From the IMG/VR virus record IMGVR_UViG_3300032893_000735, positions 32,001 through 96,000 of that record: 64,000 nt of DNA, one strand, 5' to 3'. The notes beneath the pieces were generated by a model that saw only the letters and a program-made list of their open reading frames with translations, did no database searches and was not told the DNA's origin. Of the stretch, positions 47,357 to 57,639 are shown piece by piece. The translations under genes were made by a program, and so were the position numbers. Positions within the stretch are counted from its first letter, which is position 1. The number at the start of each line of letters is the position of its first letter. This DNA comes from a virus.

Positions 47357-48169
47357 ATGGCTACTTATTATGTTCGAGACACATTCGGATTTGTGACCGT
47401 GGTAGAGGCTGATTCTTTCTACACGAACGCGGGGGCGTATGTTTTCTACAATACTACAACAGAAGGACCCGTCAACAGTACGGCGGTAGGCAACTTCCGC
47501 ACCGAACACGTTGTGTCCGTCATCGAGGACGAGGCTTTCGAGACACACTTCCCCGCTCATGAAGACGAAGAAGATCCAGAAGAAACGGGCGAGGAAGAGG
47601 AATGTGGCGAGTGCGACGGCGTTTGCCTTGACTGCCGGTTCAAGGAACTCTTGGATTCCGATGAGTTCTTCGAAGCTGTTTACGACGTAATCGAGGCGCG
47701 GGAGCAAGCGACTTCTGAGATGGAGGCAGAAGACGCCGAAGCGGAGGCGACTGCCCCCGAAGTTGGACCTGTTGAAATCCGATGGAACTCCGATCGCGAA
47801 TATTTTGAATACGGATTCACTACCCCGAAGGGGTGGGTTGGGTTCAACAGAGCAGACAAGGACGACAAGGAAACCGCAGAAGAATCTCGTGCAGAGTATT
47901 TGGGCGGGGGTGAAGAATCGTGGTTCTTTGAAGATATTGGGGTAACAGTCCCTCTTCTCAAGGTAGTCAAGTGTACTCCAAAGGACGGAGATTCGGTTCA
48001 ACTCGGATTCTTGACTACTGACGGGTTTGTTAACTTCTACGAGGGAGTGGGCGAAGAGGGTGCATTTAGTTCAGCCAGCTACGGGCTAAAGCAATACAAT
48101 GAAGGATTTCGTAAATGGAGGTATACGGACCCCTCCAAGTATACCTTCTCGGAGGTGGAGAATGGCTAA
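47357..48169 (+). CDS. Highly acidic hypothetical protein with CxxC pairs
   Basis: AAGGAG RBS; Glu/Asp-rich. Confidence 0.55.
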   Translation: MATYYVRDTFGFVTVVEADSFYTNAGAYVFYNTTTEGPVNSTAVGNFRTEHVVSVIEDEAFETHFPAHEDEEDPEETGEEEECGECDGVCLDCRFKELLDSDEFFEAVYDVIEAREQATSEMEAEDAEAEATAPEVGPVEIRWNSDREYFEYGFTTPKGWVGFNRADKDDKETAEESRAEYLGGGEESWFFEDIGVTVPLLKVVKCTPKDGDSVQLGFLTTDGFVNFYEGVGEEGAFSSASYGLKQYNEGFRKWRYTDPSKYTFSEVENG

Positions 48170-48602
48170 GGGTTATTCGTTTGCAATTGTAGAGGGGAAC
48201 ATTGGTCGCGATCCGGAAGTGAAAGCTCTCCCCTCGGGGGCTAAGGTAGTCAACTTCAGCCTTGGATACGAACGAGGTTTCGGAGATAAGACTCACACCT
48301 GCTGGGTCGATGTTGTTTGCTTCAAGGATCAGGCCGACTTTGCTGAGCGGTATTTGAAAAAGAGCAAGGCTGTCCGAGTAGTCGGTGAGATTGATGTCAG
48401 GTCTTGGGAAGACAAAAACACAGGCCAAAAGCGGTACAAGACGGAGATTATCGCCGACAAAATCCAGTTTGTGGACAGTGGTTCTCGTTCAGAAGCTCCT
48501 GCTCGACAGCAATCAGCTCCACAGACCCGCCAGCAAGCGGCACCTGCGGCTAGGGAAGAGTCTAACCCGTTCGATGACGACAGTTTGGATATACCGTTCT
48601 GA
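48162..48602 (+). CDS. ssb: Single-stranded DNA-binding protein
   Basis: GNIGRDPE...V.NFSL...YKTEIIAD; acidic DDSLDIPF tail. Confidence 0.92.
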   Translation: MAKGYSFAIVEGNIGRDPEVKALPSGAKVVNFSLGYERGFGDKTHTCWVDVVCFKDQADFAERYLKKSKAVRVVGEIDVRSWEDKNTGQKRYKTEIIADKIQFVDSGSRSEAPARQQSAPQTRQQAAPAAREESNPFDDDSLDIPF

Positions 48603-48886
48603 GGTGAAATGAAAATCCAAGTAACTCAACAGCACATCAACCAGGGCCACCGAGGATCTTGCACCAAAGATCCGGTGGCCTTAGCTTTGTCTGACGCTGG
48701 GTATATTATGCCTTGGGCGTCCCCCTCTTATATCAAGTGGATGGATATACACGGGTATTGGAGAGAAACAGAAACTCCGTCGGATGTTTACTACTTCATG
48801 AGTTCATTTGACAATAATGGGCCTGTGGAGCCTTTTGAGTTTGAAATTGGCGAGGGAAACGTAGTATAGTTACGACAGGAGTAAAA

Positions 48887-49906
48887 ATGCCGCGTAAGAA
48901 ACCAGAACCGAAGAAGATTGAACTCAACGAAGAGCAGAAAGAAGTAGTTGAATTCAGGGAGGGATTTGCTTGCTGCCTAGCAGGCCCCGGCGCGGGAAAA
49001 ACCAGTGTTTTAGTTGAGAGGCTTGTCTCTCTGATTGAGGAGGGAGTACCCGCCTCTGATCTGATATCCCTCAGCTTCACATCTACCGCCGCGAAGAATC
49101 TTCGAGACAGAGTCGAAGCTAGAGTCGGAAAACTGTCCACTAATCGGACAGCGGGTTGTGTCACCTTCCACTCAATGGCCCTGAGTTTTGCGCAAGAAGA
49201 ACGAAACGAATTCAGCTATAATTTGTCCGAGTTTCCCTTAGCCACAGAGCCGGTAGCTAATAAACTGTCCGCCGAAGCCGCTAAAAAATACGAAATTGAC
49301 CCGAGGTCTCTACGGTCGTCGGTCAGCCTGTTCAAGAGGCGCAGGATTTCCCCGCGTAAGGCGGTTCGGGATTCCGAGAATTCACTAAAAGCCTCTGAGC
49401 TAAAGATGGCGCTGGCGTACCAGGACTATGAAAAGCGTTGCGCGGAACAAGGTATTCTGGATTTTGATTCTCTGATTTTTCAGATGGTGGAGATTCTGGA
49501 CAAGAAACCGAAAGTCAGGGGACGCTGGGTTCGGGATTGGCTGCAACTCGATGAATCCCAGGACATGTCCAAAATTGAATGGGACCTGGCCAAACTTATC
49601 TCCGGCAAGAGCGTTCTCGCCGTAGGGGATATCTCGCAGGGAATCTATGGATTCCGGGGAAGCGACCCCCGACTGTTTCGTGACATGTCCGAGATTTTCC
49701 CAGGCACAAAAACTCTATATCTGAGTTGCAATTTTCGTAGTTCGCCCCAGATTATCGACTTCATACGACCAGTTGCGGCCAGTCAGGATCTGGCGGCTAA
49801 GTTTCACACTCAAAATCCATCCGGTCCTCCTCCTCTAGTGAAGGGCTTTTCTTCCGCCGTGGAAGAAGCGAACTGGGTGGTTAGTAGGATCAAGGAGAAT
49901 CTATGA
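48887..49906 (+). CDS. UvrD/Rep helicase, N-terminal half
   Basis: LAGPGAGKT, SFT, TFHS, LDESQD, VGDISQGIYGFRG, NFRS. Confidence 0.88.
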   Translation: MPRKKPEPKKIELNEEQKEVVEFREGFACCLAGPGAGKTSVLVERLVSLIEEGVPASDLISLSFTSTAAKNLRDRVEARVGKLSTNRTAGCVTFHSMALSFAQEERNEFSYNLSEFPLATEPVANKLSAEAAKKYEIDPRSLRSSVSLFKRRRISPRKAVRDSENSLKASELKMALAYQDYEKRCAEQGILDFDSLIFQMVEILDKKPKVRGRWVRDWLQLDESQDMSKIEWDLAKLISGKSVLAVGDISQGIYGFRGSDPRLFRDMSEIFPGTKTLYLSCNFRSSPQIIDFIRPVAASQDLAAKFHTQNPSGPPPLVKGFSSAVEEANWVVSRIKENL

Positions 49907-50081
49907 GAATCATCAGGTGGTTTAGGCAGTTTCGAGCTTGGATTGAGTCGGTAGAGGCGGAACGAGAGGAACAGCTTATAAAGGACGTTATGTACGAGAT
50001 GACTGGGGTGTACGAGGACAACAGACGAACTCGGGCGGAGGCTATCATACGGATAGTAAGGTACCGCGACCCAAAAAGGTC

Positions 50082-50291
50082 TTGGTGAGGAGAATCCAGA
50101 TAATGGACAAGTGGATTAGCGTAGAGGAAGAACTGCCGAAATTCGTAGGCAAAAGTGCAGGAGACGGTCGAGACTTCGCCTACATCGGTTGGGACGGCGT
50201 AGACATCGCACCCCTTAACGAATATTCAGGGTATTGGCCGCATCTTGTGACCCACTGGATGCCTCTTCCGGAACCGCCGAAGGAGAAGTGA
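50082..50291 (+). CDS. DUF551-like protein
   Basis: WISVEEELP...VTHWMPLPEPP. Confidence 0.7.
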   Translation: MVRRIQIMDKWISVEEELPKFVGKSAGDGRDFAYIGWDGVDIAPLNEYSGYWPHLVTHWMPLPEPPKEK

Positions 50292-51136
50292 TGGACAAAA
50301 CTACTGCGATCATTTGCAGGACAAATCTCGGACTTAGGCCGTTTGAGCAGGCTCTGGCCGATGCTAGCATACCTTACAGGCTCGTGGGCCGTAGCGGGTT
50401 TTGGCAACAGCCCGAGGTTCGCCTCCTTCTAGCCCACCTCCAATGCTGTATCTACCCTTCGGACTACGCCGTTCTATCCGCGCTTCGGGGGCCATTCTAC
50501 GTCACAAAGTACCTCCCCAAATCCAAAATAGCGGCGCGAGTCAAGGAGTTGCAGACAGACGGGGAACCTTCTGCTTGGCACCTACTTACCAAGGAAAGCT
50601 ACTCGCTGGTCGAGAACAAGAACCTAAAGGCACTTCAAGATTTTGTCCAGTTTATCCACCAACTCAGCCGGTACAAGGATCTCCGACCGGCGGACGTGGT
50701 TAAGCAGGTCATCGTGGCACTCCACGCAGTTGACTACTACGACTGTGAAACAACGGAAGACAATGACCCAATCCAGAACTTAAACGAGCTTGTGAAAATC
50801 GCAGGTAAGCATTCTACTCTGAAGGAGTTTTTGGATTACGCCCGCCGAGTAACTGCGGCGTCTAAGAAGCGATCTGGGGTAGCGCTGAGCACAATCCACA
50901 GCGCCAAGGGGCTCGAATGGCAACGTGTCTTTATGGTCCAGTGCTCGGAAGGAATAATCCCGCACGCAAAATCCACGGACCTAGACGGAGAACGCAACGC
51001 TTTTTTTGTCGGCGCATCCAGAAGCGAGCGGGAGCTGATCCTGACGTATTCAGGACGACCGTCGCAATTCCTTGAGCCTTACCTAAAGACCGTGGTAGAA
51101 TCTGAGACAAAGGAGGAGACAGATGTCCGCAATTGA
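50291..51136 (+). CDS. UvrD/Rep helicase, C-terminal half
   Basis: AIICRTN, STIHSAKGLEW, ERNAFFVGASR. Confidence 0.85.
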   Translation: MDKTTAIICRTNLGLRPFEQALADASIPYRLVGRSGFWQQPEVRLLLAHLQCCIYPSDYAVLSALRGPFYVTKYLPKSKIAARVKELQTDGEPSAWHLLTKESYSLVENKNLKALQDFVQFIHQLSRYKDLRPADVVKQVIVALHAVDYYDCETTEDNDPIQNLNELVKIAGKHSTLKEFLDYARRVTAASKKRSGVALSTIHSAKGLEWQRVFMVQCSEGIIPHAKSTDLDGERNAFFVGASRSERELILTYSGRPSQFLEPYLKTVVESETKEETDVRN

Positions 51137-52358
51137 GTTGTACAAAAAACTAGAAGATGGAACGATGAAGGCGTGCGGGATCTTTTACTGTTCTGAATGC
51201 AGAATTGTGGCTAATACAAAAGAGGATGCTGAATGGTGCCACGGACCACACCTTTGCGCTTGCGGGGAGAAAGTAACCCAAAGCTACCGTAGAATCTGCG
51301 ACAGGTGCCAATCAAAAGAGTGGCGTGAAAAAGAGGAGGCGAGGGAAGCCGAACGATTCGAGAAAGCAGAAAAGATCACCGAGGACGAATACACAGGAGA
51401 ACACGTCTACGCGGGCGATTCCTTCTACGAGTCGGTAGAATACGCACTTAATTCCTACGACGAAGGATGCGGACCTGAATATGTATGGGCCTGCAAACCA
51501 CGTGGATTGCCGAAAGTTGGCATAGAGGACGTAGTGTGCAACCTTCTGGATAACATGTGGGAGGACGCGGATGAATCAGATTTAGAAGGTCTGCCCGAAC
51601 TAGAAGCAGCGTTGGAAAAGTTTAATGAGGCCAACGAGCACATACAAGTTTGGGAACCGGACTACAGCACGGCTATTTTAGTCCACAAAATGGACAAGGA
51701 GGAAGCATGACTAAGTGGCGTAAATTCTTGGATTTTCTGATTTCACTGACCCCGAAATATTGGTTGATGAGTTACGGATACGATGAAATCTGGGACAAGA
51801 AGCTCAACTGTTTACTGGATAAATACAATTTCACAAGGCATACCCAATACACGGCCTTTCTCGGCAAGTGTGAAGTTTGGGTGGCAAACCATCCGTATGC
51901 TTCTTTCACCCCTCCATACCTAGACTCAGTTAGACCGTCTCGATTAACTATCATCCGTGCTCAGAGGAAACTGGTAGAGGATGTAATCAAGATGCAGGCG
52001 GACGAGGGGGTCGAATGATATTACCATTCTACAAAGTAGCCTTATCGTTTCCCCTACCTGCGGGAATTTTTGAAACAGATACGAGCAGGATAGTAGACAC
52101 GCCTTGTTTGATCTTCAAGTCAGAGGTTCCGAGATACGTAGACTTTGACTTACCTGACGACTGGATACCGATTCGTTGGATTTGTTTATCCTGCTTCGAG
52201 GCGTGCGGAGATGAAACTGATGTTTTCAAAACAGGAAGCGCACCACGGAGGGAACTGAAGAGAGTAACGGGACCTACTCAGAAGCAGCAAAATCAAATGC
52301 TCGACCACGCTCGGCAACACGAGATCATGTGGGCTTGGGCGAGAGGATTGGAGAAGAA

Positions 52359-53522
52359 ATGAGCTTGTACACATCCGCGAATGGTCGAGTTGTGAGCCAC
52401 GCCTCAAGTTCCGCAATTGATCTTTTTAAGGGATGCAGGCGAAGGTTCTATCTGGAAAAGATACAAGGCTGGAGAGAGAAGGACAAGAAAGGGTCCTTGG
52501 AATTTGGCAAGGCAATCGAAGCCGCCGTCCAGTTCTTCTATGAGAACGGATGCAAACCAGGAGGCGCAGTAGACCACTTCAAAATGATCTGGCTGAAGTT
52601 CGCCGAGATCCCGATGAAATACACCGACCAAGAAGGTGACTTCTGGAACCTGATGAAGATGGGGTCCGAACTCATGCGGTTGTTCGAGGCTACCTACCAG
52701 ACAATCCCGATCAAGCACCCGAAATTCCAACTCGAATACCGTAAGAAGATCTACCCTGGCTCTCAGTACGATGACCTGGAGTTCCTGGGGTACGTGGACA
52801 TCCTGAGTACGGAGGACGACGGAGAACGCCGGGTAGTTGATATGAAGACGGCGAAAAACCAGCTTGACCTAACCCCGAACATGCTGTCTATGGATGGACA
52901 GTTGAGAAAATACGCATGGCTCACCGGAATACCCCGAGTAGCCTTCTTGAACTTCGTCAAAACTTCCAACCCTGATTCTTTTAAGAAGGGGGTTTCGGTT
53001 ACTCTTCTGGAGGACGAATACGGATTTAAGGCCGGGGAATCGTTTGTTGTCTACAAGGCAGTGGTTCAGGAGGAAGAAGACGGAAGCGACTATACTATTC
53101 TGACTCTGGCCTCCCCTGAAACAATCCAGAAAATGGACGAGGAACTCGAAGCTATCTCAGGTAAGGGTTCCACGGCCAGGAAGGAAGAGGTCGTAGCTCG
53201 GTATTTCACAGAGAAACTTCTTTTCAACGTAGATCGGCAGTCGGTAACGAAGACGCGAATCCAATACGTCGAAGCCTACATCTCCCCCGAAGACATCCAA
53301 GAAACTGGACAAGGTGTCGGGATAGATGTATTATCGATTAAACAGGCAGGGGATATGAACTTCTTCGCGGCAGATGGTGGCGTGCGATTCCCAAATAATA
53401 GGTGCGTGTACTGCCAATTTAGCCCGATCTGCCTGAAGAACAAGGAACTGACCGAGCAGACTTTGGTTCAGATCAAAGCTGATTCGGACGACTGGTTGAA
53501 GGATTTGGAGGAAGCAGAATGA
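52359..53522 (+). CDS. PD-(D/E)XK nuclease (RecB/Cas4-like)
   Basis: C.RRFY, GYVD, VVDMKT, QLRKY, C..C.F...C. Confidence 0.8.
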   Translation: MSLYTSANGRVVSHASSSAIDLFKGCRRRFYLEKIQGWREKDKKGSLEFGKAIEAAVQFFYENGCKPGGAVDHFKMIWLKFAEIPMKYTDQEGDFWNLMKMGSELMRLFEATYQTIPIKHPKFQLEYRKKIYPGSQYDDLEFLGYVDILSTEDDGERRVVDMKTAKNQLDLTPNMLSMDGQLRKYAWLTGIPRVAFLNFVKTSNPDSFKKGVSVTLLEDEYGFKAGESFVVYKAVVQEEEDGSDYTILTLASPETIQKMDEELEAISGKGSTARKEEVVARYFTEKLLFNVDRQSVTKTRIQYVEAYISPEDIQETGQGVGIDVLSIKQAGDMNFFAADGGVRFPNNRCVYCQFSPICLKNKELTEQTLVQIKADSDDWLKDLEEAE

Positions 53523-54117
53523 TCATCACCACAAAGTCAGGAAGCAAGTACCGTATTGACCTGGATGCAAAAACCTGGTCGAGTGTCCATTTTTCGGACG
53601 AATCTGGCTACCTGCGAACCGCAGGCGGGGACTATGACTATATCCGATTTGAGATCGGAGCACCCCTGGAGATGCTATGCCCGCCGATCACCGAAGGGTC
53701 AGCGGCACGGTACATTGAAACCAGCGATATTGTTTCTGTGGAGGACGAATGACCCAGTATAGTACGCCCGATAATACCCCCGTTGAACGCATTTTGCGTA
53801 ATAAAATACGCTGTTTGCGTTGTAACACTGAGATCGAAAGCAAGCACAGACATGACTTCAAATACTGCCCGTGCGGAGCCGCAGCGGTGGACGGAGGACT
53901 GGACTACCTGAAGAGGTGCGGGAACATGGAGGACATTGTGGAACTGTCCGAGTTCACAACTGAACCGGAGCCGCCACGCCGGAAAAGGACAGAGGCGGAG
54001 ACTGAACAGCTACTTTTAGCCCTGTTTGGGAAGTCCAAATAATGGATTTCGGCCTGCACCACTGGAAAATGATGTTTTTCGACCGTGGATAATGTTTTTC
54101 GACGGAAAGGAGGATAT

Positions 54118-55344
54118 GTGCCAAAAAGAGTAGTAGATGGGGAGGGGATATGGGGGTCCGACAAGATCCTCCGGCTAAGTACGGAATTCCAGCCTGAATA
54201 CGCCAACCTTCTTCCGCTCGCGGAAGCTAACGGAGTTTTCGAAGTTAACCCGCATAAAGTGTGGTCAAGGGTCTATGCCTACAACAGACGGAACGTAACT
54301 GTCGAGTGGGTCCAAGAACTTCTCAACGAACTCGTGGAGGTCGGTCTTCTCTTGATATGGGAGGACAACGGCAAAGTGTGGGGATTCTGGGACGGGAACG
54401 AAAAGGCCGGACGGTTGCCGAAAGAGTCAGAGCAAAAGAAGTATAAAAACCTCCCACCGAACCCTCCCAAAAATCTCAGCGAAGTCTCAGCGGAGACTCA
54501 GCGGAGACTCAGCGGATTCTCAGCGGAGCTTCCGCTGAATCTCCCCCCTAGGTTTGGTATGGTTAGTAATGTAATGGTTAGTATAGGAACGGACCCTGCG
54601 GGGCTCGGTTCTAATTTTTCAAATCCAGAAAACGGACAAGACTGCGAGGAAGATGTGAACCTGAAGAGATTCAAAGACGAGATGGCAACCATCGGAGTAA
54701 ACCACGGATTTAAGGTGAAGGCATATGACGACGCTTGGGCGGAGTTGAAGACTCTAACCACTGCCCACGGATCTCAGGCGGTCCTGAACGACTTCGACGA
54801 GTTCCTGTCCGAGAGTGAAGGTGAAGAATTCCCGAAGGGAGTTTTGCAGAAGTACCAGTACATCGCCGCCGACCGGCTTTTGGGGAACTCGCCCACGTCG
54901 GCAAAGGCGGAAATCAAGTCTCCCGCCGTGACTGACCTCTGCCGAGAACTCACCTACATGTCCGATGGGGTAATTTCCTTCATCGACAAGCAGAAGATCA
55001 AGCTGGCTGAGTTGCTGAAGGACTGGACGGTAGACGAAATCAAGGCCGTGTTCCGCGAGTGGCTGGACGCCCAAGACGTGAATGACGCCAAGAATGTCCA
55101 GTACCTCCCTGGCAAGTTCGTACAGATTGCCGACTCCAAGTGCTATTCTTTGCGTAGGAGCCGTCAGGAGAAGGCTGCCGAGGCCGAGGCTAGGGCAGCT
55201 AAGGTCAAAGAGCTACAAGAGGCCGCAGAACGCGATCTAGAGGCATCCAGGAAGAAGAGGGAAGAGGAAGAACAGGTTCTGGACCCACTTGGGCTGTTCT
55301 CAGACGAAAATAATTCTACCAGTGTCGCGGAAGGTGTGGTATAA
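54118..55344 (+). CDS. Putative replication initiator carrying internal iterons
   Basis: N-terminal wHTH-like region; internal 11-bp tandem repeats; GTG start after AGGAGG. Confidence 0.55.
   Translation: MPKRVVDGEGIWGSDKILRLSTEFQPEYANLLPLAEANGVFEVNPHKVWSRVYAYNRRNVTVEWVQELLNELVEVGLLLIWEDNGKVWGFWDGNEKAGRLPKESEQKKYKNLPPNPPKNLSEVSAETQRRLSGFSAELPLNLPPRFGMVSNVMVSIGTDPAGLGSNFSNPENGQDCEEDVNLKRFKDEMATIGVNHGFKVKAYDDAWAELKTLTTAHGSQAVLNDFDEFLSESEGEEFPKGVLQKYQYIAADRLLGNSPTSAKAEIKSPAVTDLCRELTYMSDGVISFIDKQKIKLAELLKDWTVDEIKAVFREWLDAQDVNDAKNVQYLPGKFVQIADSKCYSLRRSRQEKAAEAEARAAKVKELQEAAERDLEASRKKREEEEQVLDPLGLFSDENNSTSVAEGVV
54475..54529 (+). repeat. Five 11-bp iteron-like repeats (CTCAGCGGAGA)
   Basis: ctcagcgaagt ctcagcggaga ctcagcggaga ctcagcggatt ctcagcggagc. 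Confidence 0.85.
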
Positions 55345-55352
55345 TCCAGAAA

Positions 55353-57197
55353 ATGGACAAAGCACTTACAGTTGGGTCGCTATTCGCGGGTATAGGCGGC
55401 TTCGACCTTGGATTTGAGAGAGCGGGATTTGAGGTAAATTGGTGCGTCGAGATCGATCCGTTCTGCCGAAAGGTCTTAGCCAAGCATTTTCCGAACGCCA
55501 AACGGTATGAAGACGTTAGGGAAGTTGGAAAACACAATTTGGAACCAGTGGACGTGATTTGTGCTGGGTTCCCTTGCTTTCCGTCAGGGAGCCTAGTTCT
55601 TTCTTCTAAGGGGTATCAACCTATTGAAAACATACGGGTAGGCGATCTTGTGCTTACCCATAAAGGTAGGTGGAGAAAGGTCACAGGAACCGGTGGTAGA
55701 AATAATGCGCCACTTGTTACTCTTAAAGGACAAGGACATTGCGGATTAGAGGCTACTCCCGACCATCCATTTTGGAGCAGAAAAACTAAAGGATATTATC
55801 CTTCTGTCAACGGTAAAAGGAAGAATTTACGTGTATTTGACGGAGAAGCCTCGTGGACTGATGCGAAGGATATGTCGGGTTTGAGATGGGCTTGTCCTAC
55901 GTCGGTGGAACCTCTTCCCGTTCCTGTTATAGAGCCTCTGAACAACCGTTGCAAGACTCCCCCGGTTCAGGATGAAAAATTTTGGTGGATTGTCGGGCGG
56001 TGGTTAGGAGATGGTTGGTGTCAGCAGACTCAGAGGCCGGATCGCCCTGAAGGGGAATTGTGGGGTAAATTTGTAATATGCTGCGACCATGTTGAAGCTG
56101 ATGAGTTGGAGTTGAAAATATCAGAAGTATTTGGTATTTCTCCTAGAAAAGAAGTATGCCGAACTGCTACCAAATTTTACATAGGAGATAAGTCAACTTG
56201 TACGTGGTTTGAATCTAACTTCGGAAAAGGAGCCTCCGAAAAAACATTACCGGCTTGGGTGTACGGGATGCCTGAAAGATTTCGAACTGCCCTTCTTGAA
56301 GGTTACAAGAGTGCCGATGGGTCTACAAATAAGCCTGGAAATCATCGTTTTACGACGGTAAGCAAGTCTCTTGCAACCTCGATTCGTTTATTATCTGAAA
56401 CTTTGGGTTTTAGTAGTTCTTTGCACCACTATGAAATTCCCCCGACGACGGTTATTGAGGGGCGAGTTGTAAACCAAAAACCTCAGTATCAAGTAGTTAT
56501 GAATCAAAATCCTCGTAGCAACGGGATGCGAGATGAAAAACATAACTGGTATAAGGTACGAAGTTCTAAATCCTGTGGAAAATTTACTGATGTATTTAAT
56601 ATTGAGGTAGAAGAAGACAATACCTACGTGGTAGAAAACATAGTAGTACACAACTGTCAAGATATTTCCGTAGCTGGAAAAGGTGTTGGAATTTCAGGAG
56701 AACGAAGTGGACTCTTCTTTGAAGCGGCAAGGATCATTAGCGAGATACGACCGCGATACGCAGTCTTGGAAAATGTACACGCCCTCCTTGTTCGGGGAAT
56801 GGACCGAGTTCTCGGGACGCTTTCCGAAATCGGGTATGATGCGGAGTGGCATACTATTCGAGCTTCGGAATTCGGGTTGCCGCAAGAGAGAGAGAGAATC
56901 TGGATTGTTGCCTACCCTTCCGAAGAGCGAAACGAGAGATTCTTCGAAAGCCTCTATTCTAGCGAAGTTGGACAGAGGTGGTCGGGTGGCGAGACGGATT
57001 TGCAGTCGATCATCGATCTTGCGCTCGTCGGATCAAATAGTTTCCCTAAACCCTTGCTTTGCGGAGTGGATGACCGGCCTACCGGTTGGGTGGACAGAGT
57101 TGGATCTTGTGGAAACGCAGTAGTACCGCAGATTCCAGAGTGGATAGCAAAACGGATACTTGAAGTTGAAGGCGTCCAGAAAATGGACAGGAGCTAA
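55353..57197 (+). CDS. C5 DNA cytosine methyltransferase containing an intein
   Basis: LFAGIGG, GFP|CQD after splicing, ENV, QERER, GNAVVP. Confidence 0.9.
   Translation: MDKALTVGSLFAGIGGFDLGFERAGFEVNWCVEIDPFCRKVLAKHFPNAKRYEDVREVGKHNLEPVDVICAGFPCFPSGSLVLSSKGYQPIENIRVGDLVLTHKGRWRKVTGTGGRNNAPLVTLKGQGHCGLEATPDHPFWSRKTKGYYPSVNGKRKNLRVFDGEASWTDAKDMSGLRWACPTSVEPLPVPVIEPLNNRCKTPPVQDEKFWWIVGRWLGDGWCQQTQRPDRPEGELWGKFVICCDHVEADELELKISEVFGISPRKEVCRTATKFYIGDKSTCTWFESNFGKGASEKTLPAWVYGMPERFRTALLEGYKSADGSTNKPGNHRFTTVSKSLATSIRLLSETLGFSSSLHHYEIPPTTVIEGRVVNQKPQYQVVMNQNPRSNGMRDEKHNWYKVRSSKSCGKFTDVFNIEVEEDNTYVVENIVVHNCQDISVAGKGVGISGERSGLFFEAARIISEIRPRYAVLENVHALLVRGMDRVLGTLSEIGYDAEWHTIRASEFGLPQERERIWIVAYPSEERNERFFESLYSSEVGQRWSGGETDLQSIIDLALVGSNSFPKPLLCGVDDRPTGWVDRVGSCGNAVVPQIPEWIAKRILEVEGVQKMDRS
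55575..56654 (+). mobile_element. Intein (360 aa) with LAGLIDADG endonuclease, inserted before the catalytic Cys
   Basis: CFPSGSLV...TPDHPF...VGRWLGDG...VVHN|C. Confidence 0.92.
56683..57123 (+). CDS. Nested alternative-frame ORF, putative methyltransferase beta subunit (motif IX)
   Basis: Ends LNPCFAEWMTGLPVGWT. Confidence 0.6.
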   Translation: MLEFQENEVDSSLKRQGSLARYDRDTQSWKMYTPSLFGEWTEFSGRFPKSGMMRSGILFELRNSGCRKRERESGLLPTLPKSETRDSSKASILAKLDRGGRVARRICSRSSILRSSDQIVSLNPCFAEWMTGLPVGWTELDLVETQ

Positions 57198-57198
57198 A

Positions 57199-57639
57199 AT
57201 GGAAACTTCCACAAAATGGGATCTACGATTTTTGAATCTAGCCAAAGAGGTTGCCTCATGGAGTAAAGATCCTCCGACTCAGGTGGGTGCGATTATCACC
57301 AGAGGAAAGAAGGTAGTCTCTTTGGGTTTCAACGGGTTTCCTTCTGGGATTGTGGATGATTCTAGGTTGGATGACCGGCCGACGCGACTCGGAATGACGA
57401 TCCACGCTGAGCCCAACGCAATTCTCCAAGCCAAACAAGACCTGTCTGGATGTACGATTTACGTTTGGCCGTTTATGCCGTGTTCCGACTGCGCTCTTTT
57501 GGTGGTACAATCTGGAATCAAGCGAGTTGTTGCCCCTAGATCCGACAATCCGAGGTGGGCAGACAGCTTCACGCTGTCCGAAGAAATTTTCAACGAAGCA
57601 GGTGTATTTGTCCAGAAAATGGACAAGGAGATTTTATGA
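57199..57639 (+). CDS. dCMP deaminase
   Basis: GFNGFP, HAEPNA, PCSDCA. Confidence 0.88.
   Translation: METSTKWDLRFLNLAKEVASWSKDPPTQVGAIITRGKKVVSLGFNGFPSGIVDDSRLDDRPTRLGMTIHAEPNAILQAKQDLSGCTIYVWPFMPCSDCALLVVQSGIKRVVAPRSDNPRWADSFTLSEEIFNEAGVFVQKMDKEIL

Noticed and set aside
52359-53522. Cas4 as part of a CRISPR system
   Set aside because: It sits among recombination and replication genes with no array; a stand-alone PD-(D/E)XK nuclease is the simpler reading
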